Below are positions 61,072 through 64,000 of a stretch of 64,000 bases of DNA, in pieces. A model generated the notes under the pieces. That model ran no database searches. It saw only the letters and a list, made by a program, of their open reading frames with translations, and had not been told where the DNA came from. Position 1 is the first letter of the stretch; each line of letters begins with the position of its first letter. The translations under genes were made by a program, and so were the position numbers. Origin of the DNA: an uncultured Gemmatimonadaceae bacterium (GTDB taxonomy: Bacteria > Gemmatimonadota > Gemmatimonadetes > Gemmatimonadales > Gemmatimonadaceae); contig CAVUDW010000003.1 in the NCBI GenBank assembly GCA_963740355.1, positions 1,312,001-1,376,000 on the forward strand. The letters are read 5' to 3'.

Positions 61072-61917
61072 TCAGCCGAGTCGATACACGCTGGGCGTGA
61101 CACGATAGGCACGCCGGAAGGCGGTGGTGAAGTGGCTCTGGTCCACGAAGCCGCAGGTCAATGCGATCTCCGACATCGGCCGGCGTGTGGCGCGCAGCAA
61201 GGTGCGCGCGTGCTCCAGTCGTCGATGCCGCAGGTAGTCACCCGGTGACATGCCGACGCACTGTCGGAAGACGCGCGCGAGGTGCACCGGATGCACACCG
61301 GCGTTGCGCGCGACCTCGGCGATGCGGATCTCACCGCCGAGTGTGTCGTCGAGCTGCGCTCGTGCGCTGGCGAGCCAGGCCGGTGCGCCGCGCGGTGCGA
61401 CATGCTGGGCCGTCGCAACTTCGGAGAGCAGGGCGAGGGCCAGCGACTCGCGTCGAAGCGTGGCATCGCTTCCACCGTTCAATTCCGTTGCCGCCAACTC
61501 GCCGGCGATCGCAAGCGCCGCATCGGATCGCAAAGCGACGGGTTGCGGTGCAACACCCGCCTCGTACTGCGCCGCCTCGATCACGTCGGGCGCGATCGAA
61601 AGCGTGAGGAACTGGCCCGACATGACACGATCGCGCGCTTCGAACCGATCGCGGTGCGTGGTACCTGCAGGGTTGAAGATCAGTGCCTTGCCGATGCTGA
61701 CCGGCACTGCGTTCATCGCGCTCGAGATGTAGAGTCCATCGAGGACGAAGACGAAATGTGCGTCGTCATGCGAGTGTCGCTCGACGACGCGATGCGGATC
61801 GACTTTCAGCACCGAAATTTCCATGCCCGGGAGACGCACGCGCCGATCGAGCTGGCCGTAAAACGCCCCGAATGGCATCGCGAGGTGGCCGTGGCGGGTG
61901 GCGGTCGCATCACTCAT
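61072..61917 (-). CDS. AraC family transcriptional regulator
   Basis: Cupin HSH motif, GVHPVHLARVFR, IALTCGFVDQSHFTTAFRR..TPSVYR. Confidence 0.92.
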   Translation of the reverse strand: MSDATATRHGHLAMPFGAFYGQLDRRVRLPGMEISVLKVDPHRVVERHSHDDAHFVFVLDGLYISSAMNAVPVSIGKALIFNPAGTTHRDRFEARDRVMSGQFLTLSIAPDVIEAAQYEAGVAPQPVALRSDAALAIAGELAATELNGGSDATLRRESLALALLSEVATAQHVAPRGAPAWLASARAQLDDTLGGEIRIAEVARNAGVHPVHLARVFRQCVGMSPGDYLRHRRLEHARTLLRATRRPMSEIALTCGFVDQSHFTTAFRRAYRVTPSVYRLG

Positions 61918-62075
61918 GGTGTTGACGCCATGTGCCGCACGCACGTCAGGCCCCCGCAGCCGAACGCAGGACGCGTGATGTTTTGCGAAACGCCGGGAAT
62001 GTTGCGTCGATACAAGACAGGCCTTTCTACGGGAGCAACCTTTGCTGGTGCTGGTGAACATACCCGACAACGAGG

Positions 62076-63794
62076 ATGGTCCTGATGCAGTTTCGATTTC
62101 GCCAAAGCCTGACCCTGATCGGCGCACTGTTGGCGGCGCAGGGCCTCGGCGCGCAGCCGGCCCCGCGCGCCGCGCTGCCGCAGGCTGGCGACGACCTGCT
62201 CGGCCTGTGGGGCGCTGAACCGATCCTTGGGCCACAGGTGCGCGGCCCGCTGCTGCTCGATCGAACGGCGCGCCGGTGGACGATGCGGATCGGCGGATTC
62301 GAGGCAGCAGCCGAGCAGGCGGGGGATAGTGCGATCATCGCGCTGCCCGGCGGACAAGGGACGTTGCGGCTGTGGATCAGCGGCGAAAAAACCGAGGCGT
62401 ACTGGATTCAGCCGACGGGAATGAACCCTCGCTATGCATCGCCGGTCCGCCTGCGGTCGCAGGGCGCGAACAGCTGGCGCGGGACCGTCGCACCCGTCGA
62501 CGACCAGTTTCCGCTCTACCTGTTCGTGCGGCGGATGCCCGACGGCGCGCTGCACGGAATCTTCCGCAATCCGGCGCAGAACTGGCCCGGCCGGGTGGCG
62601 TATTACGTCGTCACGCGCGATGGCGAGTCGGTGACGTTCACGAATCCGAGGACCGGCAAGGTGCAGTGGCGACAGCCGTACGATTCGGCTCGCCGCGCCA
62701 TCACCTTCGACTTTGGCACGCCGATCGTGCTCAGCCCACGAACGATCGAGCAGGCACTTGGATTCGTGCCGCGGTCGCAGGCCTTGCCCGCCTATGTGTA
62801 TCGTCGCCCCGCTGACATCGGCGATGGCTGGACCGTCAGCGAGGCCTCTACGGCGGGCGTCGATCCGGCGGCGTTGCAGGCGATCGTGCGCGGGTTGTAT
62901 GGCGCCGACCCACTCAGCGACACAGCACCGCGCGTCCACTCGCTGCTGGTGGCTCGACGCGGCCGCCTGGTGCTGGAGGAGTATTTCCGCGGCTCGGCGC
63001 AGGATGCGATGCACGACCTGCGATCAGCCTCGAAGACCATGACGTCGATCATGGTGGGTTCGGCGATACATCACGGTGCCGCGATCAGCAGCAGGACGAC
63101 CCTTCCCGGCACACCGATCACGGTGGGCCAACTGCTGTCGCACAGCTCGGGGCTGGCCTGTAATGACGATGACGATGCGTCGCCGGGCAACGAGGACACC
63201 ATGCAGTCGCAGCAGGCGCAGGAGGACTGGTACGCCTTCTTTCTCGCGCTGCCAAAGGTCCACGCCCCGGGCACCACCTACGCGTACTGCTCGGCGGGCA
63301 TCAACATCACCGGCAAGGTGCTCGGCGCAGCGACCAGGCTGTGGCTGCCGCGGGTGTTCGAGACCCAGCTCGCACTTCCGATGCGATTCTCCCGCTACGG
63401 CATCAACCTGATGCCGACGGGCGAGGCATATTCCGGTGGCGGCATGTATCTGCTGCCGCGCGACTTTCTGAAGTTCGGACAGCTCTATCTGGATGGCGGC
63501 CTCTGGCATGGCACGCGACTCGTCAGCGCAGCATGGGTACGCCAATCCACTGCGCACGTGATCGATCGCGCGGATGGATCGGACGATGGGCTTGGCTGGC
63601 ATCGGCACCTGCTGTCAGTCGGCACGCGGCGCTACCAGACGTACGAGGCCAGCGGAAACGGCGGGCAGTTCGCGGTGGTGATCCCCGAGTTGCAGATGAC
63701 CATCGTCGTCACAGCCGGCAATTACGGTCAGTACGACGTGTGGCAGAAGATTCGCGATGAGCTCGTGCCCGCCGTCATGCGGACGGCGCACTGA
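62076..63794 (+). CDS. Serine hydrolase (beta-lactamase/AmpC-like family), exported
   Basis: SxxK (SASK), LLSHSSG, YAYCS, ASGNGGQ. Divergent from the AraC gene. Confidence 0.88.
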   Translation: MVLMQFRFRQSLTLIGALLAAQGLGAQPAPRAALPQAGDDLLGLWGAEPILGPQVRGPLLLDRTARRWTMRIGGFEAAAEQAGDSAIIALPGGQGTLRLWISGEKTEAYWIQPTGMNPRYASPVRLRSQGANSWRGTVAPVDDQFPLYLFVRRMPDGALHGIFRNPAQNWPGRVAYYVVTRDGESVTFTNPRTGKVQWRQPYDSARRAITFDFGTPIVLSPRTIEQALGFVPRSQALPAYVYRRPADIGDGWTVSEASTAGVDPAALQAIVRGLYGADPLSDTAPRVHSLLVARRGRLVLEEYFRGSAQDAMHDLRSASKTMTSIMVGSAIHHGAAISSRTTLPGTPITVGQLLSHSSGLACNDDDDASPGNEDTMQSQQAQEDWYAFFLALPKVHAPGTTYAYCSAGINITGKVLGAATRLWLPRVFETQLALPMRFSRYGINLMPTGEAYSGGGMYLLPRDFLKFGQLYLDGGLWHGTRLVSAAWVRQSTAHVIDRADGSDDGLGWHRHLLSVGTRRYQTYEASGNGGQFAVVIPELQMTIVVTAGNYGQYDVWQKIRDELVPAVMRTAH

Positions 63795-64000
63795 GCCAGA
63801 CTCGACCGATCCTGCGGCCTCGAGCCTGCGGTGATGCCGCTGCGTCGTGTCATGCACGCGGAATGGCGAGGCAGACTCTTCCAATCTGATGTATCTCAGC
63901 GCGGTCACATACTCGTGATCGCGCCTGACTCTTGTCGTTTCGGGGGTCGCCGCACCTGACTCTTGATATGTCTCTCGTTGCACCCTATCGTCGACGCGTG

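Overview
High-GC bacterial chromosomal window. Gene content suggests Gemmatimonadota (inference). Most of it is housekeeping or metabolic: beta-oxidation genes, a PAS histidine kinase, an old yellow enzyme, peptidases, GGT, a complete kdpFABC-porin-kdpDE-lgt operon, a DEAD-box helicase, Dps, a TonB receptor with a GH144-like glucanase, an ECF sigma/anti-sigma pair, an ABC exporter, AraC and a serine hydrolase. Standouts: (1) an intact IS621-like IS110 element (7531-8678) inserted at an AG/CT core inside a dispersed palindromic CGCAGAG repeat. Its non-coding end holds a readable bridge-RNA-like structure whose guide segments match both its own ends and that repeat. (2) At least three families of nested palindromic intergenic repeats, some amplified as ~75-bp tandem units, with strong local G/C strand skew in flanking DNA. 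(3) A lower-GC defence-like island (~47.0-53.1 kb) with DUF2075 helicase-nuclease, frameshifted GmrSD-like, DUF3883 and HsdR_N genes. (4) A membrane-anchored HFxKHG toxin-like RNase gene coupled to a candidate immunity gene. (5) Two single-base frameshifts. All family calls come from motif recognition by eye, not database searches.
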